Assembly (NCBI RefSeq): GCF_001194135.2
Contig: NC_068996.1
Location: 24,103,160 to 24,160,384 of the forward strand
Length of the DNA stretch: 57,225 bases
Direction of reading: 5' to 3'
Source: Octopus bimaculoides
Taxonomy: Eukaryota
Shown here: in pieces, positions 1-11,828 of the stretch
Numbering within the stretch: position 1 is the stretch's first letter
Layout: each line of letters starts with the position of its first letter
The notes under the pieces: model-generated
Databases searched by the model: none
Seen by the model: only the letters and a program-made list of their open reading frames with translations
Told to the model about the DNA's origin: nothing
Made by a program: the position numbers and the translations under genes

Positions 1-33
<33 letters not shown>

Positions 34-59
34 CACATGCATACATAAATATAAATGTA

Positions 60-200
60 TGTATGTATGCATGTGCGTCTGTCACATGCCCAATTGGAAG
101 AGTTGCTGGAGTATTACATTGAGTCCAAATCCTATCGAAGTCGATTTGGTCTATTATCTTTACGGAGCCAATGAAATACCAGCCATGTGCGGAAAGCAGT
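60..200 (+). mobile_element. Highly decayed copy of SINE family B
   Basis: gagtccaaatcctatcgaagtcgattt...aaataccagc resembles the family B B-box and central domain (gagttcaaattccgccgaggtcgacttt...taagtaccagt) seen at 13531 and 26566. Confidence 0.35.
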
Positions 201-337
201 TCGGTCTCCATCCTCTCTCTCTTTCTATCTGTATCTCTGGAAGAATCAATTTGGTCAGCCCAAGACATACCGTATGTTGTGACAGCACTTCCACAACGTC
301 ATCAGGAGCTGAGGGCGCATAATACACTCATAGACTC

Positions 338-383
<46 letters not shown>

Positions 384-620
384 NNNNNNNNNNNNNNNNN
401 NNNNNNNNNNNNNNNNNNNNNNNNNNNNNNNNNNNNNNNNNNNNNNNNNNNNNNNNNNNNNNNNNNNNNNNNNNNNNNNNNNNTAAATATGTTTGCGTGC
501 GCGTACACACGCACTAGTAACAATATTTAGAAGTATTCTTAATGAGAAAATATAGCCAAATAGACTCAAACAAGACAATCATCCAAACATAAATAGGTAA
601 ATAGGGATGTGTGTGCGTGT

Positions 621-658
<38 letters not shown>

Positions 659-661
659 ATT

Positions 662-693
<32 letters not shown>
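662..693. repeat. (TAGA)n microsatellite, representative of many (TA)n, (CA)n, (CT)n, (TAA)n and (GAT)n tracts across the window
   Basis: Direct reading of the sequence. Confidence 0.95.
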
Positions 694-694
<1 letters not shown>

Positions 695-1228
695 GTGTGG
701 GTGAAATAACTAGTCATATAGGTGGAAAGGTAAATAGACAGACAGTCAGGCTGACAGACAGATAAATAGATAGTCAGATAGCTAGGAGTGCGTACACACG
801 AGTGGAAGAATGAGACAATATATATATATAAAATGAGATCGAGTAAAAAAAAATCAGGCTGACAACGATAGAGAATGAATAAAGCAAGTCGTCCGTCATT
901 ACATCCGGCTTTTATGAATGAGAAGAGGAGGGGAGAGAGTAAGAGGAAGTAGTGAGTGGGAGGAAGAGGATGTGATAAAGACAGAGAAGGAAAGATAGAA
1001 ATGGAAAGGTTAATATGTGTACTAGGGGAAGAGTAGAGTTTAGGATTCTTTTGGTGGTGAAATTCACTGCAAAAATATAACATTAGCAACAGAGAATTTA
1101 GATTATTAATACGATAATAATAATAACCATAATAGTAATAATAATATAATGACATACAACAGAGTAGATTAATATGTAATACATGAAATCATAGACATAT
1201 TTGCAGCTTGATGAAATAACGAAATTAA

Positions 1229-1262
<34 letters not shown>

Positions 1263-1272
1263 NNNNNNNNNN

Positions 1273-1310
<38 letters not shown>

Positions 1311-2259
1311 TAGATAAATAGATAGATAGATATATGTATGCATGTATATATCTAATCTCCACATATACAAAATACAGAATTTAGAAAAGCAAAAAAGAAA
1401 AATAAATAAAAGCAATCACCTTCTGCTTCTTGTTATTGTAACCTACCTGAGAAACAGTCTATAAAACAATATTTATCAATTGTATAAAGCCATTGTGCAG
1501 CAAAAAAGGGGACAGTAGGGTGCGCTGGTTGAAAAATTCTAACAGCAATCCATCAGGACCATGTATACACATAAATATGTGCGTATAAACAGAAAAAATA
1601 TATTTTTTAACTGACAGCCACCACTCAATACGCCAAAAACTAGCAGTAGTAGTGGTGGTGGTGGTGGTAATAGTAGTAGTGGTGGTAGTGTTAGTTATAG
1701 TAGCAGCAGTAGCAGCAACAGTGGTAGCAGCAGCAGCAGCAACTGCTACAACAACAACGACGACTAGAGCAACTTTAATAGCAGCAACAGCGGCAGTAAT
1801 AGTGGTTGTAACACCTCAAACCATCACTACCACTACCACATAGCTGTTTTCCATCTTGTGTAGCTTTGAGATAGTTGTTGGGGAGTTGGCTATGAACAAC
1901 TGGACCTCCCTTACACACACTTCCGGACTTATACCTGGCACTTTACTGTGTAGCATACACAGACTAGGGGAGACACGTTATACACACACTCACATACGTG
2001 CGCGCACACACTGCCTAACATATACAGGCGCGCTAACATACATTAATTAATTAGAAGTCGGTTGCAACAGGCGATCATTCTATAGAGTAGGCTATATACA
2101 TAACACATTCAAGACCTATATTTATACACCCACATTATGTGTCTGTTTGTAACGTACGTACGCATAGATGTGTGCGTATTTATGTATATATACATATTGT
2201 ACGCGTGTATCTGTGGATGTAAGATTACATACGCACATTTGTTATATATATGCACACAT

Positions 2260-2310
<51 letters not shown>

Positions 2311-3634
2311 GATGTAGCGCTATATTATTGATAGGGTTTATGTGAGATGTCTATATTAGTTGCAAGAACTACACTGTTGAAAACTAGCCATANNNNNNNN
2401 NNNNNNNNNNNNNNNNNNNNNNNNNNNNNNNNNNNNNNNNNNNNNNNNNNNNNNNNNNNNNNNNNNNNNNNNNNNNNNNNNNNNNNNNNNNNNNNNNNNN
2501 NNNNNNNNNNNNNNNNNNNNNNNNNNNNNNNNNNNNNNNNNNNNNNNNNNNNNNNNNNNNNNNNNNNNNNNNNNNNNNNNNNNNNNNNNNNNNNNNNNNN
2601 NNNNNNNNNNNNNNNNNNNNNNNNNNNNNNNNNNNNNNNNNNNNNNNNNNNNNNNNNNNNNNNNNNNNNNNNNNNNNNNNNNNNNNNNNNNNNNNNNNNN
2701 NNNNNNNNNNNNNNNNNNNNNNNNNNNNNNNNNNNNNNNNNNNNNNNNNNNNNNNNNNNNNNNNNNNNNNNNNNNNNNNNNNNNNNNNNNNNNNNNNNNN
2801 NNNNNNNNNNNNNNNNNNNNNNNNNNNNNNNNNNNNNNNNNNNNNNNNNNNNNNNNNNNNNNNNNNNNNNNNNNNNNNNNNNNNNNNNNNNNNNNNNNNN
2901 NNNNNNNNNNNNNNNNNNNNNNNNNNNNNNNNNNNNNNNNNNNNNNNNNNNNNNNNNNNNNNNNNNNNNNNNNNNNNNNNNNNNNNNNNNNNNNNNNNNN
3001 NNNNNNNNNNNNNNNNNNNNNNNNNNNNNNNNNNNNNNNNNNNNNNNNNNNNNNNNNNNNNNNNNNNNNNNNNNNNNNNNNNNNNNNNNNNNNNNNNNNN
3101 NNNNNNNNNNNNNNNNNNNATATAAACTGATATAAGTCCTTCATATGCCTACATTTCATCAAATACACCCGCATGAATATATATAGACACACACACATAT
3201 ATATGTATATACAAAAGTTTATGTATGTGTATATATATGTATATAGTATATGTGTATAGAAATATGTACCTACCCATGCAAGCACATAATTACAAACAGT
3301 AGGAGACAAGCGGACAAACCATCACATCCGGCTTTTATGAATGAGAGGAGGAGATTCTCCTCTGTCTCTTACTCAGTCAAAAAGCTCCCTTCCTCCGTCG
3401 TACATACATATATTATGTGTCTGTAATGTGCATACATCCTCGTGAATGTATACGCATTACACATACACACAAACATGGTATTTATATATGAGAATCCAAA
3501 TTTTCATAGTCTTAGTTATATTTGTCTACACACACATATATATATATATATTTATATATTTATATATATACTCGTATATGCACACATAAATTCATACATA
3601 TATTTACATCTATCTATCTAATATATATATATAA

Positions 3635-3770
3635 GCGGTTTCAGGCATTAGACTGTCCATGCTTGGGTAACACCTTTGAACGACTTAGACGATCATATTG
3701 ACTCTACTACGTTTGTTCAGTTCGGTACTGATTTTATCGGTTAGTCTGTCGAACTGTGATACAAGAAAAT
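3635..3770 (-). mobile_element. Decayed 3' part of SINE family A
   Basis: gtttcaggcattagactgtccatgcttggg resembles the family A tail gtttcagtcatttgactgtggccatgctgg. Confidence 0.4.
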
Positions 3771-4263
3771 GCAACACATCCATTTATTCACTCAAACCAC
3801 ACGCGCAAATATATGTATAAGTATGTATGTACAGTATGAGGATTACTGGCCCTTTCTCTTGAGGAAAGACCACAAATTACTGGGGTATTGATCATTCCAT
3901 TACACACAATGAATTTGGTACTTCAAGTCTACTGAGTTCTCTCTTTCAAGTTGTTGTACACTATCTATATCTCTCCTCTCTCGATCCAACTTTCTGACTG
4001 TTTATCTATCTGTCTGTCTGTCTATGTATAATTTATAATATATATATATATATGTATATAAGGTTTGCAGGTATACTTATACGTCTGTATATATATATAT
4101 ATATATATATATGCATGTATATATGTATTGCATTTATATATGAAAGCATCGAGTTGTGCAAATGATTTTGCACATATATATGTCTTTCTATATATATGTG
4201 TGTGTGCGTGCGTATGTCTCTACGTGGGTAAAATGTATTAAAAATACATGTGTATGTGAGTCT

Positions 4264-4419
4264 AGGACATTTACCCCTCATGGACAATAATTCCCCAAGG
4301 ACAATTACCCCTGAGGACAACAGATGATGATTTAAGACTGCTTAATATACTAGAGACGGGGTAATTGACCAAGGGGAGTAATTGTCATAGGGGTAGTTGT
4401 CATCAAGGGGAATTGTCCT
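4264..4419. mobile_element. Foldback-like MITE with modular inverted arms
   Basis: Left arm has 3-4 AGGACAATTACCCCT-like units (4264-4321); right arm has 4 reverse-complement GGGGTAATTGTCCT-like units (4358-4419); no clear TSD. Confidence 0.7.
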
Positions 4420-4433
4420 GATACGGTGTGTAC

Positions 4434-4466
<33 letters not shown>

Positions 4467-4494
4467 CATATAAATTTATATATATTTTAAAAAA

Positions 4495-4654
4495 ACAACA
4501 ACGTGAGGACGTGATACAGATTGTGTTACTAGACGCTCGGGAAAGGAAAGAGAGAATATGACGTTTCGAGCGGAGCTCTTCGTCGGAAACAAGGAAAGTT
4601 CAAAGAAGGGAAAAACGGAGGAAGAAAAAATCGCCACCGATGTCCACGAGGTTA

Positions 4655-4658
<4 letters not shown>
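4495..4658 (-). mobile_element. Penelope-type 3'-end repeat with a degenerate HHR core
   Basis: Minus strand CCGACGA-A-GAGC-UCC-GCUC-GAAAC-GUC (4560-4586); homologous to 23140-23345. Confidence 0.55.
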
Positions 4659-4721
<63 letters not shown>

Positions 4722-4789
4722 TCATCATCACTATCATTTTGCAACCAGTCTCCATGTTGGTATGCATTTGACTCTGTTTAAGTGTTTTG

Positions 4790-5600
4790 GGAGAAGTAGC
4801 ACTCATACTGGTCAGTGAAACTGAGAATGCTCTAAAGGAAATGCTGGAGTGAAGAAGAAGAAGAGCAACTGTGGAAAATCCCTATTGTATATTACAACAG
4901 ATATTTGAAAGTTTGTGGGGGGGATGCCCACACTCTGAAAGAAGTAAAATGCTACCCTGCTTCATAGGAAGGGTGGTAGGGAAGATCTGAGAAAATCAAT
5001 CAACTTGTATTTTATGTCTCATCTCTACATGTCTGTTTACAAAGGTCATAGTCACCACACTACTGGTAACATCATGAAAACCAAAAGTCGAAGCAGCAAA
5101 CAGGTTAATGGAAAAAATATAGCATGATTGATGACCTATTCAGTTCAACACAGCTTCTGAAACCAGAGAAAAAGTGTCGACTGCCTCTACTGTATTGCCC
5201 TTAAAGCCGTCGATAGCATCAGTATGAATGCATTGCTGAAGTCTCTTGATACGCAAGGAATTGTGACACAAAAAAAATAGGATTTCTCAGGAAGGTGAAC
5301 TCAAAATGTTTTGCAGATATAACTCTGTTCTCACCACTTGTAGACATTCTAGTGCGAAAGGGTGTTGAACAAGTTTACAACCTCTCCAAAGCTCTTCACC
5401 ATGTGTCTCCAAATGGTCATCAGAGACATTGACTGGAAAGCTACAAACACCCCTCTGACTCACTGGTAACATTTTCATTGCAGGAACCTCAGATCATCTG
5501 TAGACCATACTGACAGAGCTGGACACTGAATTCAGCTAAAGGTCCTCAAAATATATAGCATGAAAACAAAACAAATGCAGCTGAATGGTAATAGGAAGAT
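4790..5600 (+). pseudogene. RTE-clade LINE reverse transcriptase fragment (frameshifted)
   Basis: Remnant motifs TLLHRKGGREDLRK, KAVDSISMNALLKSLDTQGI, DILVRKGV..SPKLFTMCLQMVIRDIDW. Confidence 0.8.
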
Positions 5601-5847
5601 GCAATGAAATACATATATAAACACACACACACACACATATGTATATATATGTATCATTTATTGTGCTTTTAATTATTAATCTTTCTATATGTGACAGTGG
5701 ATTTTCATCGATGAGTTCATGAACCTTGGTTCTTTTCCCTAAAACTATATATTTGTATATATTTTACTCTGTAAAGCTCAATTTAATTTTAATTTTTTAT
5801 AAATTGATTTTAATTGAGTTTTTACCTGTAATTTAGGACTTTGTCCC

Positions 5848-5880
<33 letters not shown>

Positions 5881-6019
5881 NNNNNNNNNNNNNNNNNNNN
5901 NNNNNNNNNNNNNNNNNNNNNNNNNNNNNNNNNNNNNNNNNNNNNNNNNNNNNNNNNNNNNNNNNNNNNNNNNNNNNNNNNNNNNNNNNNNNNNNNNNNN
6001 NNNNNNNNNNNNNNNTATA

Positions 6020-6725
6020 TATATCACCTTGACTGGCCAGACTGTCAGATGTCACATTGTATCCCCTGGGGCACAGTATTTCATTCATTCATTTCTTTCT
6101 TGATCTCATCCTCCTTCTGCATTGCAGTCCTATTATTCTCTTTATATCGGCAATCCATCTAAGTGGAGGCCTTCCAACTGGTCAATTCTGCTCACATGTG
6201 CACCATTCAACAACTGCATGGTTGCACCATGCAACATGTCTGACTCATCTGAGTTTGTTTGGACTATTCAGCAATAATGTCCTTCACTCTGATTCAGCAA
6301 TAATGTCCTTCACTCTGATCTGCTCATTTCACATATGATCTTTTAAGGAAATTCCCACTATTGACCTTTCCATGACTCTGTCTGCCATTATTAACCACTG
6401 TCCCTCACTTTTTGTCGTTACCCACATTTCAATTGCATAGAACATTGCAGGTAGAACCATGCTGTTGAAGAGTTCTGCATGAGTGGTTTAGTCATGGTTT
6501 TGCTTTCGTCACATCCTCCATTGAGTTGAATGCTCTCTAGCCTGATCTTATTCTCTGTGAAATCTCATTATTCATGTTATGTCCCATGATTATAGCTAGA
6601 CTGAAATATACGTAACTTTCCACCTCCTCATTTTCATCACCTCCAGCCACAACTTGGTCAAGTGTCATGCCTTTGGACTGCATTTTATTTTTTGCACGAT
6701 TGATCCTCAGGTCAACCATCAAACC
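6020..6725 (-). pseudogene. RTE LINE ORF2 C-terminal fragment
   Basis: EEVESYVY...NNEISQRIRSG, LFNSMVLPAMFYAIEMW. Confidence 0.75.
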
Positions 6726-6737
6726 TCTGGTGTTCAG

Positions 6738-6789
<52 letters not shown>

Positions 6790-6791
<2 letters not shown>

Positions 6792-6895
6792 TCGTTCATC
6801 ATCGTCGTTTAACATCTGCTTTCCATGCTAGCATGGGTTGGACGATTTGACTGAGGACTGGTGAAACCAGATGGCTACAGCAGGCTCCAATCTGC
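6790..6895 (-). mobile_element. 5'-truncated RTE 3' UTR tip
   Basis: Reverse complement of ...ccaacccatgctagcatggaaagc.gatgttaaacgacgatg, as at 38770-38902. Confidence 0.8.
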
Positions 6896-6899
6896 TTGT

Positions 6900-7040
6900 G
6901 CCACTTGAAACATTGAATATGACCCATTGGCTCATTGTCATGCTGAATGTCTCTCTAGCAGACTTCCCAAGTTTAACGCCGAATTTCGTGTTGGCTCTTT
7001 GTTCCTGTCTATGACAAAATCGCAGACTACAGCATACAAG
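6900..7040 (-). mobile_element. Mariner transposase N-terminal fragment
   Basis: Translates EQRANTKFGVKLGKSARETF...CFKWH (mariner HTH start). Confidence 0.7.
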
Positions 7041-7799
7041 TGATCACAAAAACACAAATTTCTTAACTTGCAAAGTAAACACAGTGATGTCACTCAGCAC
7101 ACTGCCTCATGAAGGTCACTGCTAGCTCTCACTGCACATGCAACTGTTCCTGTGTATCCTTATTGTTTGTTGTTTCTGCAAATCTTCCAAATACAAATAC
7201 TACTTTCTCCATTAACCTTCCTGTAATTCCACAGCACCTCTTGTGTGTCTATAGCTTTCATGGGATACATCTTATGGAATCTCTGCCTACTTCTTTCTTG
7301 TATTTCAAGCAACAGCATTTACCTGAGGGGAGTAGATTTCTCAACGCTTATATATGTCTATTTGCATCTGTTCTTGTGTCTTTGTTGGGCACACACATGT
7401 GCACACACAGCCCCACAGTTGGTGTTTGTTTGTTTGTTTATGTTTCTTAACTTAGTGATTCAGTAAAAGAGATCATCCCAGCATGGTAACAGTCCATGAA
7501 TTACACAAGTAAAAGATAGTACAGTGACAAGAGATATTGGGAGCATTCAGTGAGAATAGAATAGAGTACAGGGGACAGGAGAAGAAATATTGGGAAGATG
7601 TGAAGGTGTAGAATATTCAATACATAGGGGGCACATGTACTATGCAACAGGCAGTAAGTGTGTTTGTTATTTAAATATTATTTCAGAATTTTGCCAACCT
7701 TGTGAGGATGGCTGTATCTACTACAGCACCACATATCACCAGTTGACATGATCCTCTGTCATCAGCATCATCACCATCATTATCATCATCACCATCATC

Positions 7800-8040
7800 A
7801 TCATCATCATCATCATCAGATGTAACATCTTGAGATCATTTTCCGCCATCTTATCAGAAGCCTTTGTTGGTCTCTCCTTTCACTTTGAATGTTCTGCATT
7901 CTTATGCAGCTGCTGTCTTCTATTTTGCATCATGTGACCATTCCATTGCAGTCTCTTCATTTGTACACAACATCTGATTCTGCTTATACTTAATTTGTCT
8001 CTTGGTTCATTTATATTCTGTTGTTCAAGCACATTATTCA
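7800..8040 (-). mobile_element. RTE 3' ORF fragment
   Basis: LSISRIRCCVQMKRLQWNGHMM; same family as 46550-46815. Confidence 0.7.
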
Positions 8041-8085
8041 TACACACACACACACACACACATACACACACAAACACACACACAA

Positions 8086-8116
<31 letters not shown>

Positions 8117-8219
8117 TGATATATATGTATTTTAAAACTTGTCCCTTCTGTGTTATCTTTTCGTTTTTGGTTTTGCTCATTACATTTACAAAATATGTGT
8201 GTGTACATATATATACATA

Positions 8220-8268
<49 letters not shown>

Positions 8269-8489
8269 NNNNNNNNNNNNNNNNNNNNNNNNNNNNNNNN
8301 NNNNNNNNNNNNNNNNNNNNNNNNNNNNNNNNNNNNNNNNNNNNNNNNNNNNNNNNNNNNNNNNNNNNNNNNNNNNNNNNNNNNNNNNNNNNNNNNNNNN
8401 NNNNNNNNNNNNNNNNNNNNNNNNNNNNNNNNNNNNNNNNNNNNNNNNNNNNNNNNNNNNNNNNNNNNNNNNNNNNNNNNNNNNNNNNN

Positions 8490-8534
<45 letters not shown>

Positions 8535-8547
8535 ACACATATGTATA

Positions 8548-9429
8548 CAGGGTGCGATGGGTAAATTGTCACCATTTTATACTTTTAATTCCATGCAAAC
8601 ACATTGTTTGTTTTTGATTTTGTTGACTACACAGTACAGTAGGGCACCGTCTGTGAGAAGAACAGCAAAATTTGGAAATGACATGCTGCACTGCTCAGCA
8701 GTCACACCGGATGTTCCAATATGAACACTTCAGAGTGTTTGGGTGTCAATCTGCGGATAGTGCAATCTGAGTACATATTCAGGGAGCTGTAATAAAAGAG
8801 TAATAAAAATCAAACATCCAGTCAACATCATGGTGTTTGGAGTGATCGCTAGTGATAGCGATGTTATGCCTCCATTCATCTTTCCACACAGCCTCAGACT
8901 CAACACGGAGGCCACATCAAGTGCCTGGAGGAAATAGTGCTGCCCTGGATCAAGAGGGTGGCTGCTGGAAGACCCTATATCTGGCAACAGGACTCTACAC
9001 CATTCCACACAAGCAGGAGAACCCAGTCATGGCTATCAGACAATTTCTGCAACCACATCATTCGTAACATCTGGCCCCCAACACCTAACTCCCCAGACTG
9101 CAACTCCCTTGATTATTATGTGTGGGGCACAGTTGAGCGAGAGACCAACAAAACTCCTTGTAATACCAAGAATGAACTGAAAGCAAGGATTACAGCAGCA
9201 TTGACCAACTTAAACAAGGAGACCATCCAGAAGTGTTGCAGGAGATTCTGAAGTCATCTGGAGGCTGCAGTTGAAGCCAATGGTGATTTTATTGAATAAA
9301 TTTACTCTTTAGTATTCAGATATTTTTTATGTAATTTTGGTAAATGAGATATCAGATATGTTAAAATGAGATATCAGTGTTATTTTCATATTTGCATAAT
9401 TTAGATGATAGTATACTTGCCACACCCTG
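8548..9429 (+). mobile_element. Internally deleted Tc1/mariner element of DD37D (maT-like) type
   Basis: TA|CAGGGTG...CACCCTG|TA ends; KHPVNIMVFG, WQQDSTPFH...WPPTPNSPDCNSLDYYVWG; the third catalytic residue is D. Confidence 0.9.
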
Positions 9430-9496
9430 TATATATGTCTGTATGTATGAATGTGTGTATGTATATATATTTTTATATATTTTGAGAGAAAGAGAG

Positions 9497-9645
9497 ATGT
9501 AAGCATAGATGCATGGTTAAAAAGTCTTCCCAACCACATCGTTTCAGGTTCAGTCCCACTGTGTGGTACCTTGGGTAAGTGCTTCTGCTATAGCCTCAGG
9601 CTGACCAAAGCCTTGTGAGTGGATTTAGTAGACAGAAATGAAAAA
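9497..9645 (+). mobile_element. SINE family A head (decayed)
   Basis: ...ccacatcgtttcaggttcagtcccactgtgtggtaccttgggtaagtg...ctgaccaaagccttgtgagtggattt. Confidence 0.8.
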
Positions 9646-9990
9646 GTCTGTTTCCACTTTAAGTGATTGGCACTTCTTTATACAGCTGTCTTCATTCATA
9701 CACATCACATGTCCAAACCATCACAGTCCTCTTGCATGCTACTTCTGATTCCTCTTACACCTAACTTTTCTTTCAATATGTGCACTTTGTGATACATGTA
9801 CACTGATGTTGCACTTCCATTAGAGTATACTAGCTTCATTCCTCTCCAGTCTTCATATGTCCTCTGCATTCAGAGCCCACATTTCACTACCATGAAGCAT
9901 AGCTGTTTGTACACAAGCATCATACTTGTGTATGAATGGAACTACACTTTCTTAATTACATGGTCAACTCACAAGTTATTGATAGCTGCT
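9646..9990 (-). mobile_element. RTE 3' ORF fragment
   Basis: Reverse strand matches the RRL.WFGHVM.MNEDSCIKKC..LKVE region of 32700-32800. Confidence 0.7.
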
Positions 9991-10189
9991 GTTACCTGCT
10001 TGATATAATTAGTAGGAGGGGTGTTGGTTCAGAGAATATAGAATCCAGGGTAAAAACTAGTTGGTAAAATTTCAGGGAGCTGTTACCACTGCAGGCAACA
10101 CATATATTCTGCATCAGATGAAGAGAAGATTTTATGATTGAATTGCAATGCTGCATGGGAACAAGATGTGGACCTTAAATGCAGAGCAA

Positions 10190-10973
10190 ACATATTCAAT
10201 GTTCAGTATTAGAGTGCATGAATAGCAGAGTACAAATGAGCTGAGAGAAAAACCAGATATAAAGATGGGTCAGATGTAGTCTGCAAGAGAAAAGGCTGTG
10301 ATGTGTACAGAAAATGATTGCTGTATAAAGAGGTGCTGAGCACTCTTTTAATGAAATCTGTGGAAGAAGGAGACCAAGGAAGACTTGGGACGAAATGGTA
10401 AAAGCTGACCTAAAGATGTATCTTATGGAGGAGATGACAAGAAACCATATCAACTGGCATTACATGAGACTGCAGAAGACCTGACCACCCTAGGCAAAGC
10501 ATACACTGACACAAAGGTCATGTTTAGAGGTTGAGATAATTTGTACACCGTCAAGCTTGCATTTGTTGCCTCTCTCACCTTGCATACTTGATCACTCATC
10601 TCATCTACCTATTGCTCCCCACTGACTTTTTTTTATCACTCGCAGCATTCCCTCTCTCAACATCCCACCACCTGTGCTGATCCTTCCAATCTTTTCTCTG
10701 TCTCCCTCAACTCCCACTGTGCCTATGTATAAGAGACTACCTCAGACTACCTTCACCCCGCTATACGTTGTCTTCATCTTTCTGTACTGCCAGCCATCAC
10801 TCTCTTTCCTCTGTGCCACATCTATTGCTACCCATCACCTACTTTTTCTATTATGTCATCACCATCCCATACCTTTCTCTACTTCTGCTATTGCCAATTA
10901 TTTCCCTCCTGACTCCATCTCAAATAACCTTGCCTTTTTTCATCTTCCTTTCACTCACCATTCTGGTCCTAAT

Positions 10974-11046
<73 letters not shown>

Positions 11047-11250
11047 TCTAGATTACTGACCACTCTCTCTGCATTTACACTCCTATCCCTGCCTTCCAGT
11101 CACTCATTTCTGACTTCTCTACTGTCATTCTCTCTCCTAATCTCCTCAGTCTACACTGGTTACTGAGTGCTCACTATATTTACTGTATACAAGACACCAA
11201 CTTCTATGCTGTTGCTATAACAGACATTCTGCTTCTGCCACATTCTCTTG
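10190..11250 (+). mobile_element. RTE ORF end plus pyrimidine-rich 3' UTR
   Basis: GRRRPRKTWDEMVKADLKM..EEMTR motif followed by CT-rich sequence like 32950-33900. Confidence 0.6.
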
Positions 11251-11300
11251 ACAATGGTACCATAAAAAAATACATCCAGTACATAACCAAGAATCAGAGT

Positions 11301-11384
11301 ATTGTAGTTCGCTTAAAGCATTGTAGTTCGCTTGAATCATTGTAGTTCGCTTGAAGCATTGTAGTTCGCTTGAAGCATTGTAGT
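11301..11384. repeat. 19-bp tandem repeat, about 4.4 copies (attgtagttcgcttgaagc)
   Basis: Direct reading of the sequence. Confidence 0.95.
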
Positions 11385-11454
11385 GAAGAAGTAGAAAAAG
11401 AAATGGAAGATAAAGAGAGCTTCTAACAATGCAGAAAGTTTTCCAAAAAAAAAA

Positions 11455-11492
11455 CCTTTATATTTCAGGGGCAAAGGCCTATCTTCAGAAGG
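11455..11492 (-). ncRNA. Minimal type-I hammerhead ribozyme motif
   Basis: CCUU-CUGAAGA-U-AGGC-CUUU-GCC(CC)U-GAAA-U-AUA-AAGG: stem I CCUU/AAGG, intact core, palindromic AUAU stem III. Confidence 0.6.
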
Positions 11493-11828
11493 AAGCAGTC
11501 CAAGAAATGTGTAGTTACATCGATTTCATTATTTTATTTTAAACTGCTTGGCATTTAGGTACCCAAGAGTTGAGCACAGAACATGTAGAATTACGAAATC
11601 TTTTTAGTCATGTCTTGCCAAAGACTTTTACTTTTTGTGCTTTTCTATTTCTTTCTTCCTAACCTAAGCAATGATTTCACAACACTCACCATTACCTTAT
11701 TGTTACATTGATTCTTATCAAGCTCTCTACTTCTACGCCCTCAACATCATGCTTTCCATAGTCTATGTGGTTTGTGTGTATTTGTGTGTTTTGTATAGCA
11801 GCAGCACTAGAGAGGTAACTTCTCACTT

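Noticed and set aside
1640-1850. Ser/Gly- or Val/Ala/Thr-rich ORFs
   Set aside because: Mixed trinucleotide low-complexity tract with an internal TAG in the Ser/Gly frame and no splice support.
1919-1928. Recurrent ACTTCCGG ETS motif (also 21622 and about 25777)
   Set aside because: Three hits in about 50 kb is not clearly above chance; mentioned only as context.
2347-3309. Long ORFs in the track here and at 16.5, 18, 30 and 46.8 kb
   Set aside because: They are runs of N translated as X or (TA)n/(CA)n dipeptide repeats, not genes.
5375-5425. Minus-strand CUGAUGA-CCAU...AUGG-UGAAG
   Set aside because: It lies within RTE coding sequence, has GAAG rather than GAAA and has no stem I, so it is treated as a coincidence.
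11301-11384. CRISPR-like array
   Set aside because: Eukaryotic context and contiguous units with no spacers; an ordinary tandem repeat.
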